A DNA stretch of 52,055 nt from positions 1 through 52,055 of the forward strand of contig CAZUFO010000001.1 of assembly GCA_964619615.1 (NCBI GenBank), in the 5' to 3' direction. Positions 42,747-52,055 of this stretch are shown piece after piece. Each line of letters starts with the position of its first letter. Positions within the stretch are counted from its first letter, which is position 1. The notes beneath the pieces were generated by a model, which had not been told where the DNA came from, made no database searches, and saw nothing but the letters and a program-made list of their open reading frames with translations. Source of the stretch: an uncultured Lutibacter sp. GTDB taxonomy: Bacteria > Bacteroidota > Bacteroidia > Flavobacteriales > Flavobacteriaceae. The position numbers and the translations under genes were made by a program.

Positions 42747-44423
42747 TTAAGACAAACCAGAAATAACTCCATTATCGTCTATACTCATATTTGTTGATGC
42801 GGGCACAGCAGGTAAGCCTGGCATTCGCATCATTTTTCCTAAAATCGGAATTACAAATCGTGCGCCAGCTGCAATTTCGATTTCACGAACCGTTACTTTA
42901 AACCCTGTTGGACGTCCAATTTTTGTGTCATCATCAGAAAAAGATTTTTGAGTTTTTGCCATACAAACTGCAAAATCATTAAAACCTAATCGGTCAATTC
43001 TTTTTAGATTTAACAAGGCTTTTTTATCAAAAACTACCGCATCTGCACCATAAATTTCTGTAGCAATGGTTTCAATTTTTTCTTTCATTGGCGATTTCCA
43101 ATTGTATAGTGGTTTAAACTGAGTTGCATTATTTTCAACAACATCCACAACTGCTCTCGCTAAATCTTGTGTTCCTTCTCCTCCTTTTGCCCATCCTTCT
43201 GAAACTACTGCTTGCACTCCTATATTTGCACACTTTTCGATAATCAAATTCACTTCTTCAATCGAATCAGAAATAAAAGAATTGATAGCAACCACAGGTT
43301 CTATATTAAACTTTCTGATGTTTTCGATATGCTTTTCTAAATTAGCGAAACCAATTTCAACGCGTTCTATATTTGGAGTATTATACGCGTCTTTTTTAGC
43401 ACCACCATGATGACGCAATGCTCGTATTGTAGCAACCAATACTACCGCTTTCGGATTCAATCCTGCAGCAGCACATTTAATATTTAAGAATTTTTCTGCG
43501 CCTAAATCCGCTCCAAAACCTGCTTCTGTAACCACATAATTGGACAATGACAATCCTAATTTAGTAGCAATAATTGTATTAGTTCCTTGTGCAATATTTG
43601 CGAATGGTCCGCCATGAATAATCGCAGGATTCTCTTCTAAAGTTTGCACTAAATTTGGTTTAATAGCATCTTTTAATAAAATTGCCATTGCATTTTCTGC
43701 ATTCAAATCACGAGCGAAAATTGGTTTTTTATCAAAAGTAAATCCGATAAAAATATCGCCTAATCGCTGTTTTAAATCTTTAAAATCTGTTGCCATGCAT
43801 AAAATTGCCATCACTTCAGAAGCTGGTGTAATATTAAATCCATCTTGACGCGGAATACCGTTTGCTGTTCCGCCTAAACCAATCGTAATATCTCTTAACG
43901 CTCTATCATTCATATCGATTACACGTTTCCAAAGAATTGTTCGTGCATCCATATTTAGATTTCCTACTTTACTTTGCAAGTTATTATCGATCAAAGCAGA
44001 TAACAAATTGTTTGCTTTTTCCACCGCATTAAAATCACCTGTAAAATGCAAATTGATGTCTTCCATCGGCACCACTTGCGAATAACCTCCACCAGCTGCT
44101 CCTCCCTTAATTCCGAAAACCGGACCTAATGAAGGCTCCCGTAAAACAACGGCAGTCTGTTTCCCAATTTTATTTAAACCTTCCGTTAACCCGATAGAAA
44201 TCGTAGTTTTCCCTTCGCCTGCAGGCGTTGGTGTTAGCGCAGTTACTAAAATTAAGTTGTTGTTTTTAATAGCCTTTTCATCAATTAAATGCAACGGTAA
44301 TTTCGCCTTGTATTTTCCGTACATTTCCAAATCGTCTTCAACAATATTTAACTTTTCAGCAATTATCTTTATATGTTTTAAAGTTGCTTCCTGAGCAATT
44401 TCTATGTCTGATTTATATTTCAT
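42747..44423 (-). CDS. fhs: Formate--tetrahydrofolate ligase
   Basis: TPAGEGKTT, GIKGGAAGGGY, HGGPFANIA, TEAGFGADLGAEKF. Confidence 0.98.
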   Translation of the reverse strand: MKYKSDIEIAQEATLKHIKIIAEKLNIVEDDLEMYGKYKAKLPLHLIDEKAIKNNNLILVTALTPTPAGEGKTTISIGLTEGLNKIGKQTAVVLREPSLGPVFGIKGGAAGGGYSQVVPMEDINLHFTGDFNAVEKANNLLSALIDNNLQSKVGNLNMDARTILWKRVIDMNDRALRDITIGLGGTANGIPRQDGFNITPASEVMAILCMATDFKDLKQRLGDIFIGFTFDKKPIFARDLNAENAMAILLKDAIKPNLVQTLEENPAIIHGGPFANIAQGTNTIIATKLGLSLSNYVVTEAGFGADLGAEKFLNIKCAAAGLNPKAVVLVATIRALRHHGGAKKDAYNTPNIERVEIGFANLEKHIENIRKFNIEPVVAINSFISDSIEEVNLIIEKCANIGVQAVVSEGWAKGGEGTQDLARAVVDVVENNATQFKPLYNWKSPMKEKIETIATEIYGADAVVFDKKALLNLKRIDRLGFNDFAVCMAKTQKSFSDDDTKIGRPTGFKVTVREIEIAAGARFVIPILGKMMRMPGLPAVPASTNMSIDDNGVISGLS

Positions 44424-44635
44424 TTTTATAAAATTTTCGATATCAAATATACAATTTTGATAATTATATTAAATGATAATTATCAATTTATAAAAATTAC
44501 AATCCACATTCTTTTCACAAATAAAACAACAGTAAGTGAAACAAGTCAATTTATCCCAAAAAATCGTTGGTTTTCCTATTGGAAATTATATATTTGCACG
44601 TTTATTAAAAATAGAAGATTTAAATTAAATTTAGC

Positions 44636-47599
44636 ATGCAAAACAAAGGACTTATAAAGTTATTTGCTATCCTTTTCGGATTAGTAAGTTTGTACCAATT
44701 ATCATTTACTTGGTTCGCAAAAAATGTAACAGATGATGCAAAAGAATTTGCTATATCAAAGGCTGGTGATGACGCTTCGAAAATAAATAAGTTTGAAAGA
44801 ACCTATTTAGACTCCGTTTCAAACGACACCATTCTTTTAGGGAGATTTACCTACAACAATATCAAAGACAAAGCCATGAATTTAGGTTTGGATTTGAAAG
44901 GTGGTATCAACGCTATTTTACAAGTATCGGTAAAAGATATTTTAATTGGCTTGTCAAACAATTCTAAAAACCCTGTATTTAACCAAGCGTTAGCAGCTGC
45001 TACTGCAGCTCAAACAGGAAACAATGATACATTCTTAAACTTGTTTTTTGATGAATTTGAAAAAATAAGTAACGGTACAGTTAAATTAAGTGATCCTAGC
45101 ATTTTCGGAAACAAATCTTTGAGCGGAAAAATTAATTTCAAAAATACAAATGATGAAGTTAAGCCAATTATTGAAGATGAAATAGACGCTTCAATCTCAA
45201 CTGCTTTTCAAGTATTAAGAAATAGAATTGATAAGTTTGGGGTAACACAACCAAACATACAGCGTATTGGTAGATCTGGTAGAATCTTAATTGAATTACC
45301 GGGTGCGAAAGATATTGATCGTGTAGAAAAACTATTACAGAGTACTGCTAAATTGCAATTCTGGGAAGCATATCCAAATACAGAAATCCAAAATTTCTTA
45401 TATGCTGCCGATGCTAAAACAGGCGAGTTATTTGCAACTGAAAAAAATCAAGATACAACAGCAACTGAAAACCTAGACGATTTATTAGGTGAAGTTTCAG
45501 ATTCTATAACTGTACCAAAAAGAGAAAATAGATTGTTTGCTTACTTATACCCTAATGTAGCGCAAACTGAAGCGTACAAGAGTTCATTAATTGGACAAGC
45601 GTCTCTTTCTGATACAGCACGTGTAAATAACTTCTTAGCGATGAAAGAAGTTAGAGCATTGTTACCAAACGAAATGCGTTATGCAAAATTTTTATGGGAT
45701 GCAAAACCAGACGATGGAGACATCATTGGGTTGTATGCAATAAAATCTAACCGTGAAGACATTGCACCAATTGAAGGCGATGTAATAAGTGATGCCAATC
45801 AAACATTTGACCCATACACTTCTAAGCCAGAAGTGAGCATGTCTATGAATAGTTATGGCACAAAATTATGGGCAAAATTAACAACTGAAAATGCTAACGG
45901 AGGCTTTGTTGCTGTGGTTTTAGATAACGAAGTACATTCTGCGCCAAGAGTTGGTGATCCAATTTTAGCAGGCAACACCTCAATTTCTGGTGGAAGTATG
46001 ACAATTACAGAAGCAGAAGATTTAGCGAACATTTTAAAAGCTGGTAAACTTCCTGCGGCGGCACACATTGTACAATCAGCAGTTGTTGGAGCATCTTTAG
46101 GTCAAAAAGCAATTGATAGCAGTTTTAACTCTTTCGGAATTGCATTAATTTTGATTTTAATATGGATGGTATTCTATTATGGTAAAGCCGGTTTGTTTGC
46201 AAACATCGCTTTATCTATAAATATTTTATTCTTATTTGGATGGCTAGCGTCATTTGGAGCAGTATTAACATTACCTGGTATTGCTGGTATTATCTTAACA
46301 ATTGGTATGTCGGTTGATGCGAACGTAATTATTTTCGAACGTATTAAAGAAGAACTTTCTAACGGAAAAGGAATGAAAGAAGCCATTGCAGGCGGATTTA
46401 GTTTCAAAGGAGCCTTGTCAGCAATTTTAGATGCAAACGTAACAACATTCTTAACTGGAGTTATTTTGTTCATATTCGGTACAGGACCAATTAAAGGCTT
46501 TGCTTACACCTTAATGTTAGGTATTGTAACTTCTTTATTTACAGCGGTATTTATTTCACGTATAATTTTAGACTCATATATTAGTAGAGGTAATAAATTA
46601 ACCTTTAATACAAACATTACTAAAAACTGGTTCCAGAATATCAAAGTGAATTTCTTACAGAAACGTAAGATTGCTTATGTGATTTCAGGAGTTATTATTG
46701 CAGGTGGTTTAACTTCTTTATTTACCAATAGTTTAAATTATGGAGTTGATTTTATTGGAGGACGTTCTTACATTGTAAAATTTGATCAACCAATTAATCC
46801 AACGGAAGTAGCAGGAACACTTAAGGGTGCTTTTGTAGATGCTCCAGAAGTAAAAACCTACGGTGGAGATTCTCAATTAAAAATTACAACGAAATTTAGA
46901 ATTGGCGAAGAAGGGAATAAAGTAGATAATGAAGTCCGCGATTTACTATTTACAGGATTGAAATCATATTTACCTGACGGTTTAACTTTAGAGCAATTTA
47001 AAGTTGATTACCAAGGTGAAAAAATTGCAGGAATTGTTACTAAAATGAAAGTTGAACCAACTATTGCAGATGATATTAAAGCTTCTGCAGGGTGGGCAAT
47101 TATTGGCTCTTTGTTAGTGGTATTCTTGTATGTCTTATTCAGATTTAGAAAATGGCAATACAGTTTAGGTGCTGTTGCAGCAGTTTTCCACGATGTATTA
47201 ATTGTATTAGGTATCTTCTCTGTTTTCTACAAAATTATGCCTTTTGATATGGAAATTGGACAATCATTTATTGCTGCAATATTAACCGTTGTTGGTTATT
47301 CGTTGAACGATACCGTGGTGATTTTTGACCGAATTAGAGAATACACCAATACACATACTTCTTGGAAATACTCAAGAATCGTGAACAGTGCATTAAGCAA
47401 TACTTTAGGGAGAACAATTAATACATCTATTACAACATTGGTTGTATTATCTTCAATTTTCTTCTTTGGAGGAGATTCAATTAGAGGATTTATGTTTGCA
47501 TTAATTGTAGGTGTAATTGTAGGAACCTACTCATCTTTGTTCATTGCATCACCAATAATGTACGACACTACTAAAAAAGATGATCCTGATAAAAAATAA
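44636..47599 (+). CDS. secDF: Protein translocase subunit SecDF
   Basis: LGLDLKGG, LTLPGIAG, DANVIIFERI, GYSLNDTVVIFDRIRE. Confidence 0.97.
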   Translation: MQNKGLIKLFAILFGLVSLYQLSFTWFAKNVTDDAKEFAISKAGDDASKINKFERTYLDSVSNDTILLGRFTYNNIKDKAMNLGLDLKGGINAILQVSVKDILIGLSNNSKNPVFNQALAAATAAQTGNNDTFLNLFFDEFEKISNGTVKLSDPSIFGNKSLSGKINFKNTNDEVKPIIEDEIDASISTAFQVLRNRIDKFGVTQPNIQRIGRSGRILIELPGAKDIDRVEKLLQSTAKLQFWEAYPNTEIQNFLYAADAKTGELFATEKNQDTTATENLDDLLGEVSDSITVPKRENRLFAYLYPNVAQTEAYKSSLIGQASLSDTARVNNFLAMKEVRALLPNEMRYAKFLWDAKPDDGDIIGLYAIKSNREDIAPIEGDVISDANQTFDPYTSKPEVSMSMNSYGTKLWAKLTTENANGGFVAVVLDNEVHSAPRVGDPILAGNTSISGGSMTITEAEDLANILKAGKLPAAAHIVQSAVVGASLGQKAIDSSFNSFGIALILILIWMVFYYGKAGLFANIALSINILFLFGWLASFGAVLTLPGIAGIILTIGMSVDANVIIFERIKEELSNGKGMKEAIAGGFSFKGALSAILDANVTTFLTGVILFIFGTGPIKGFAYTLMLGIVTSLFTAVFISRIILDSYISRGNKLTFNTNITKNWFQNIKVNFLQKRKIAYVISGVIIAGGLTSLFTNSLNYGVDFIGGRSYIVKFDQPINPTEVAGTLKGAFVDAPEVKTYGGDSQLKITTKFRIGEEGNKVDNEVRDLLFTGLKSYLPDGLTLEQFKVDYQGEKIAGIVTKMKVEPTIADDIKASAGWAIIGSLLVVFLYVLFRFRKWQYSLGAVAAVFHDVLIVLGIFSVFYKIMPFDMEIGQSFIAAILTVVGYSLNDTVVIFDRIREYTNTHTSWKYSRIVNSALSNTLGRTINTSITTLVVLSSIFFFGGDSIRGFMFALIVGVIVGTYSSLFIASPIMYDTTKKDDPDKK

Positions 47600-47619
47600 G
47601 CGTCAATCTAAAAACTAAA

Positions 47620-47648
47620 TAAACCGTCTCATTATGAGGCGGTTTTTT
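47620..47648 (+). terminator. Intrinsic terminator after secDF
   Basis: AAACCGTCTCA-tta-TGAGGCGGTTTTTT. Confidence 0.8.
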
Positions 47649-47682
47649 GTTACTTTTGCATTCTCATTAATCAAAAAGAAAT

Positions 47683-48795
47683 ATGAGCACTATTAAATTA
47701 CACGACAAGTATTTTGAGCCTTATTTATCAAAAGAAAAAATAGAATCTATCACACAATCTTTGGTCGATCAAATAGCTAAAGACTGTAAAGATGATGTGC
47801 CAATTTTTATTGGAATATTGAATGGTTCGTTTATGTTTGTTGCAGATTTTATTAGAAAATACCCACGCGCATGTGAAGTTTCTTTTGTAAAAATGGCTTC
47901 TTACAAAGGTGTAAAATCTACTGGATCAGTAACAGAATTAGTTGGAATTAATGAAGACTTAACTGGACGTACTGTTGTTATCCTTGAAGATATAATTGAC
48001 ACCGGAAATACTCTTCAAAAAATATATGAAATTTTTAAAGACAAAAAGGTAGGCAAGTTGAAAATAGCCACTTTATTTTTTAAGCCCGATGTATTCAAAA
48101 AAGAATTACCAATCGATTATATTGGCTTGTCTATTCCAGATAAATTTATTGTAGGTTACGGATTAGATTACGATAACTTAGGCAGAAATATTGATAGTAT
48201 TTATAAAATAATGACACCCAAAATGACAAACATTGTATTATTTGGACCTCCAGGTGCAGGAAAAGGAACACAAGCTGATTCTTTAAAAGTTAAATATGAT
48301 TTAGTTCATATATCAACAGGTGATGTTTTTCGTTTCAATATTAAAAATCAAACGGAATTAGGTGTATTGGCAAAATCATATATGGATGCTGGTAATTTAG
48401 TTCCAGATGAAGTAACTATTAATATGCTAAAGGCAGAAGTTGAAAAAAACGCGAATACAAAAGGTTTTATTTTTGATGGATTTCCAAGAACTATTTCTCA
48501 AGCAGAAGCTTTAGATACTTTTTTAGCCGAAAAAGGAGAAACAGTTAACGGTATGGTTGCTTTAGAAGTTTCAGAAGATATATTGGTTGCACGTTTATTA
48601 GAACGTGGTAAAACAAGCGGAAGAAGTGATGACCAAGACGAAGAAAAAATTCGTAATCGCTTTAATGAATACAATATTAAAACAGCAGTTTTAAAAGATT
48701 TTTACGCTAAGCAAAATAAATATTTTGGTGCAAATGGTGTCGGTTCTATTGAAAAAATTACAACACGATTGAGTACAATAATAGATGCTTTATAG
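47683..48795 (+). CDS. adk: Fused hypoxanthine phosphoribosyltransferase - adenylate kinase
   Basis: N-half VILEDIIDTG and VGYGLDY (HPT); C-half GPPGAGKGTQ, HISTGD, DGFPRT (Adk), one ORF. Confidence 0.92.
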   Translation: MSTIKLHDKYFEPYLSKEKIESITQSLVDQIAKDCKDDVPIFIGILNGSFMFVADFIRKYPRACEVSFVKMASYKGVKSTGSVTELVGINEDLTGRTVVILEDIIDTGNTLQKIYEIFKDKKVGKLKIATLFFKPDVFKKELPIDYIGLSIPDKFIVGYGLDYDNLGRNIDSIYKIMTPKMTNIVLFGPPGAGKGTQADSLKVKYDLVHISTGDVFRFNIKNQTELGVLAKSYMDAGNLVPDEVTINMLKAEVEKNANTKGFIFDGFPRTISQAEALDTFLAEKGETVNGMVALEVSEDILVARLLERGKTSGRSDDQDEEKIRNRFNEYNIKTAVLKDFYAKQNKYFGANGVGSIEKITTRLSTIIDAL

Positions 48796-48812
48796 TTTTT
48801 AAGTGTAACTGT

Positions 48813-48878
48813 GATTTGTTTATTCTCTATAAACACTTCCGATTAAACAGTTAAACAAAAAAACATCTAAACAATAAA
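48813..48878. repeat. Degenerate octamer repeat array
   Basis: ccgattaa acagttaa acaaaaaa acatctaa acaataaa; resembles 8696-8770. Confidence 0.5.
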
Positions 48879-48881
48879 AAA

Positions 48882-49874
48882 ATGACTGAAGGAAATTTTG
48901 TCGATTACGTTAAAATTAATGCTGTCTCAGGTAAAGGCGGTAAAGGTTCTGTGCATTTACATCGCGAAAAATTTATTACCAAGGGTGGCCCTGATGGTGG
49001 TGATGGTGGTCGTGGTGGTCATATTATTCTACGTGCAAATAAAGGCATGTGGACCTTACTTCATTTAAAATTTAAAAAACATTTTAAAGCAGATCATGGA
49101 GGTCATGGTAGTAAAAGTAGAAGTACCGGTAAAGATGGCGGCGATATTTATATCGATGTTCCCTTAGGAACTATTGTCCGTAATACCGAAACAGAAGAAA
49201 TTATCTTTGAAATTACCCAAGAAGGCGAAGAACGTATTTTGGTTGAAGGCGGAATGGGCGGTCGTGGAAACTGGCATTTCAAATCATCAACAAATCAAAC
49301 TCCACGTTATGCACAACCTGGTGTTGACGGTCAAGAAGATTGGTTTCAATTAGAATTAAAAATTTTGGCAGATGTAGGACTGGTTGGATTTCCAAATGCA
49401 GGAAAATCAACGCTTTTATCTGTATTAACATCAGCAAAACCAAAAATTGCTGATTATGCTTTTACTACACTTAAACCTAACTTAGGGATTGTAAAATACA
49501 GAGAATACAAAACCTTTGTAATGGCTGATATTCCTGGTATTATTGAAGGCGCCCATGAAGGTAAAGGATTGGGACATCGTTTTTTAAGACATATAGAACG
49601 TAATTCTACTTTGTTATTTTTAATTCCGGCTGATAGCAAAGACATCAATGATGAATATGCTATTTTGTTGAACGAGTTAAAACAACACAATCCAGAATTG
49701 CTGGACAAAGAGCGTTTGTTGGTTATTTCAAAATCAGATTTATTAGATGACGAGCTGAAAGAAGAAATAGAGCAAGATTTACCAGAAAGTATTCCTCATT
49801 TATTTATTTCAGCAGTTGCACATCAAGGGTTGGTTGAATTGAAAGATAAGTTGTGGGCGATGTTGAATGATTAA
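48882..49874 (+). CDS. obgE: GTPase ObgE/CgtA
   Basis: [37 protein letters not shown]. Confidence 0.97.
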   Translation: MTEGNFVDYVKINAVSGKGGKGSVHLHREKFITKGGPDGGDGGRGGHIILRANKGMWTLLHLKFKKHFKADHGGHGSKSRSTGKDGGDIYIDVPLGTIVRNTETEEIIFEITQEGEERILVEGGMGGRGNWHFKSSTNQTPRYAQPGVDGQEDWFQLELKILADVGLVGFPNAGKSTLLSVLTSAKPKIADYAFTTLKPNLGIVKYREYKTFVMADIPGIIEGAHEGKGLGHRFLRHIERNSTLLFLIPADSKDINDEYAILLNELKQHNPELLDKERLLVISKSDLLDDELKEEIEQDLPESIPHLFISAVAHQGLVELKDKLWAMLND

Positions 49875-49956
49875 AAAACTAACTAATGGATTTTGTTATT
49901 CTGTTTTATTAAGTCTTACATTTATTATAATAGATCAATTACTTTATAAGTCTCTA

Positions 49957-51513
49957 CTATATTTCATGTGGTAATTTTGCCCATTCTGGAAATACATTTA
50001 CATCGATATCAAACAAATGTATACCTATAAAATTGAAAATAAGCGTTATTAATAGTATTCCTATCAAATTAATAATAATTCCAGCTTTAATCATTTCAAA
50101 CATTTTAATCCTTCCACTTCCAAAAACTACTGCATTTGGAGGAGTTGCAACTGGCATCATAAACGCCATAGATGCGGATAAAGTTGCGGGAATAATTAAC
50201 AGTAGCGGATTCATTTTCATTGCAGTTGCTACTGATGCCAATACTGGAATTATCATTTGAGTAGTTGCTGTATTAGAAGTGAATTCTGTTGTAAAAGTCA
50301 TTACCGAACTAATTCCGAGAATTGTTACTATTGGCGAAGTCCCTTCTAAACTTGCTAAATTACTACCAATATAACCTGATAAACCAGATAATTGAAACCC
50401 TTTAGCCAAAGCAAAACCACCCCCAAAAAGCAAAATAACTGACCAAGGTAAATCTTTAAAAACTGTATTGTCAACTATGGTTTTAAAACCCGAATTTTTA
50501 TTTTTAACTGGAATTAAAAATAAGATTAGCGCCATAAAAATTGCTGTTACTCCATCATTTAAAACTTTAGGGTTCTCAAATAGATTACGCCAGCCAGGTA
50601 ACTTAAAATTTCCCAAATTAATATCTACTCTAGTAATCCAAAGAATGGCGGTAATTATAAATACTATGGCAACCGTTTTTTCTTCGTAAGATAATTTTCC
50701 TAATCCTTTATATTCTTTATCAATAATAGTTTCATCTATTTCTAAATGTTTAGGAATTCTATAGAGTACTTTTGTTAATAAAAACCAGATAAAAGCAAGC
50801 ATTATAATTACAATTGGTAGGGTTGCAAGCATCCAAGTTGCAAATGATATTTCTGGAGCATTTGGAAATAAGTCTTTAAATAACTTAACAAATACTAAGT
50901 TTGGTGGTGTTCCAACTAAAGTTGCTGCTCCACCAATTGAAGCAGAATATGCAATACCTAACAATAAGCTAATAGAAAATTTATGCGATTTCTCTACACC
51001 AAAACTGGCTTCCATTTTTAGAATGATTGCCATAGCAACTGGTAACATCATTACTGCGGTTGCTGTATTTGAAATCCACATAGATAAAAACATGGTACCT
51101 ATCATAAAACCCATTATTATTCGTGACGGACTATTTCCTACTTTTTTAATGATAAACAAAGCAATACGTTTATGTAAATTCCACCGTTCCATTGCTAAGG
51201 CTATAATAAAGCCACCAATAAAAAGAAATATGATGTTGTTAAAATACACATTGGCGATACTACTGCCATCATTCATAATGCCCATTACAGGAAAAAGAAC
51301 AATTGGCATTAATGATGTTGCTGCTAATGGAATTGCTTCGGTTGCCCAAAATATAGCCATTAATGAAGCAATGGCAGCCATTTTAGAAACTAATGGGTTT
51401 GTTGGGTCTAAATTAGCGTTCCATAATAATGTGAAAACAATTGGAGCTAAAATAAAACCCAGTGTTTTAAAGGATACTTTATTTTTAATTTTTATGTTAA
51501 ATTTTGTTGACAA
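49957..51513 (-). CDS. SLC13/DASS sodium:dicarboxylate symporter
   Basis: SMWISNTAT, LVGTPPN, TEFTSNTAT, MPVATPPNA. Confidence 0.92.
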   Translation of the reverse strand: MSTKFNIKIKNKVSFKTLGFILAPIVFTLLWNANLDPTNPLVSKMAAIASLMAIFWATEAIPLAATSLMPIVLFPVMGIMNDGSSIANVYFNNIIFLFIGGFIIALAMERWNLHKRIALFIIKKVGNSPSRIIMGFMIGTMFLSMWISNTATAVMMLPVAMAIILKMEASFGVEKSHKFSISLLLGIAYSASIGGAATLVGTPPNLVFVKLFKDLFPNAPEISFATWMLATLPIVIIMLAFIWFLLTKVLYRIPKHLEIDETIIDKEYKGLGKLSYEEKTVAIVFIITAILWITRVDINLGNFKLPGWRNLFENPKVLNDGVTAIFMALILFLIPVKNKNSGFKTIVDNTVFKDLPWSVILLFGGGFALAKGFQLSGLSGYIGSNLASLEGTSPIVTILGISSVMTFTTEFTSNTATTQMIIPVLASVATAMKMNPLLLIIPATLSASMAFMMPVATPPNAVVFGSGRIKMFEMIKAGIIINLIGILLITLIFNFIGIHLFDIDVNVFPEWAKLPHEI

Positions 51514-51584
51514 TTATATCGATATTAATTTACATTATAAGTTCTAATTTTTGTTAAAAAAGAACTAGATTAATTGTTTGTTTT

Positions 51585-52055
51585 CAATCTCGTCCTAAAC
51601 GATTTATAAAATAAAAAGAGAGTGTATATTAAAGTATCTCAAATTATCTTTGAGTTGCAAACAAAAACACCACTCTCTATGTCAAAAATAACATTATTTG
51701 TCAAATTATTCAGAAACTCGGCCGTTCAATTTTCAAGACACTCGTAAAAAAATATGACACGGATAACTATCAAAAAGAATTTGATAGTTGGTCACATTTA
51801 ACGGCTATGCTTTTTTGTCATTTTGCACAAAGTGAATATTTACGAGATATCAGTAATGGGTAACGATCAGCAACAGGAGATTTAAACCATTTAGGAAATG
51901 TACATTCGCCAACGAAATCAAATTTAAGTTATCAGAATAAACATAGAAACTGGGAGTTTTTTAGAGATCACTAGTACGCCCTACAAAAACAATTAGGACA
52001 GCAACAAGGCTTTAAACAAGTTAAGTTCAACATAAAGTCTAAAATATTTTTATTG
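51585..52055 (+). mobile_element. IS4-family insertion sequence, left end (runs off window)
   Basis: Probable terminal sequence CAATCTCGTCCTAAA followed by a transposase remnant; right end not visible. Confidence 0.65.
51679..52055 (+). pseudogene. IS4-family transposase pseudogene (DUF4372-type N-terminus)
   Basis: MSKITLF-(frameshift)-QIIQKL..FDSWSHLTAMLFCHFA..LRDISNG*RSATGDLNHLG..KSNLSYQNKHR; stops at 51861 and 51972. Confidence 0.88.

Overview
AT-rich chromosomal segment of a Bacteroidota (Flavobacteriaceae-like) bacterium, judged from TAnnTTTG promoters and gene content. It is mostly housekeeping: a TPR/TonB-receptor-like pair, an M28 peptidase, a complete trpE-G-D-C-F-(GNAT)-B-A operon with an unannotated WWW leader peptide and attenuator, asnB, an ACE-like M2 peptidase, trxB, tRNA-Pro(TGG), udk, ftsB-like, methylmalonyl-CoA mutase, ccsBA, guaA, gyrB, mdh, an M16 peptidase, fhs, secDF, a fused hpt-adk, obgE, an SLC13 permease and a decayed IS4 element at the right edge. 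Two things stand out. (1) A modular family of (T/C)GTCA-tagged palindromic REP-like elements fills most trp operon junctions, and one 64-bp copy is inserted in frame inside trpF, adding about 21 aa. (2) A ~2.1-kb accessory cassette (26.8-29.0 kb) is bracketed by two paralogous copies of an unannotated 34-aa small gene plus terminator, with 74 bp perfectly identical. It carries a double-glycine bacteriocin-like precursor, small membrane proteins and a frameshifted CAAX/Abi protease. All calls are from manual reading; no database searches were run.
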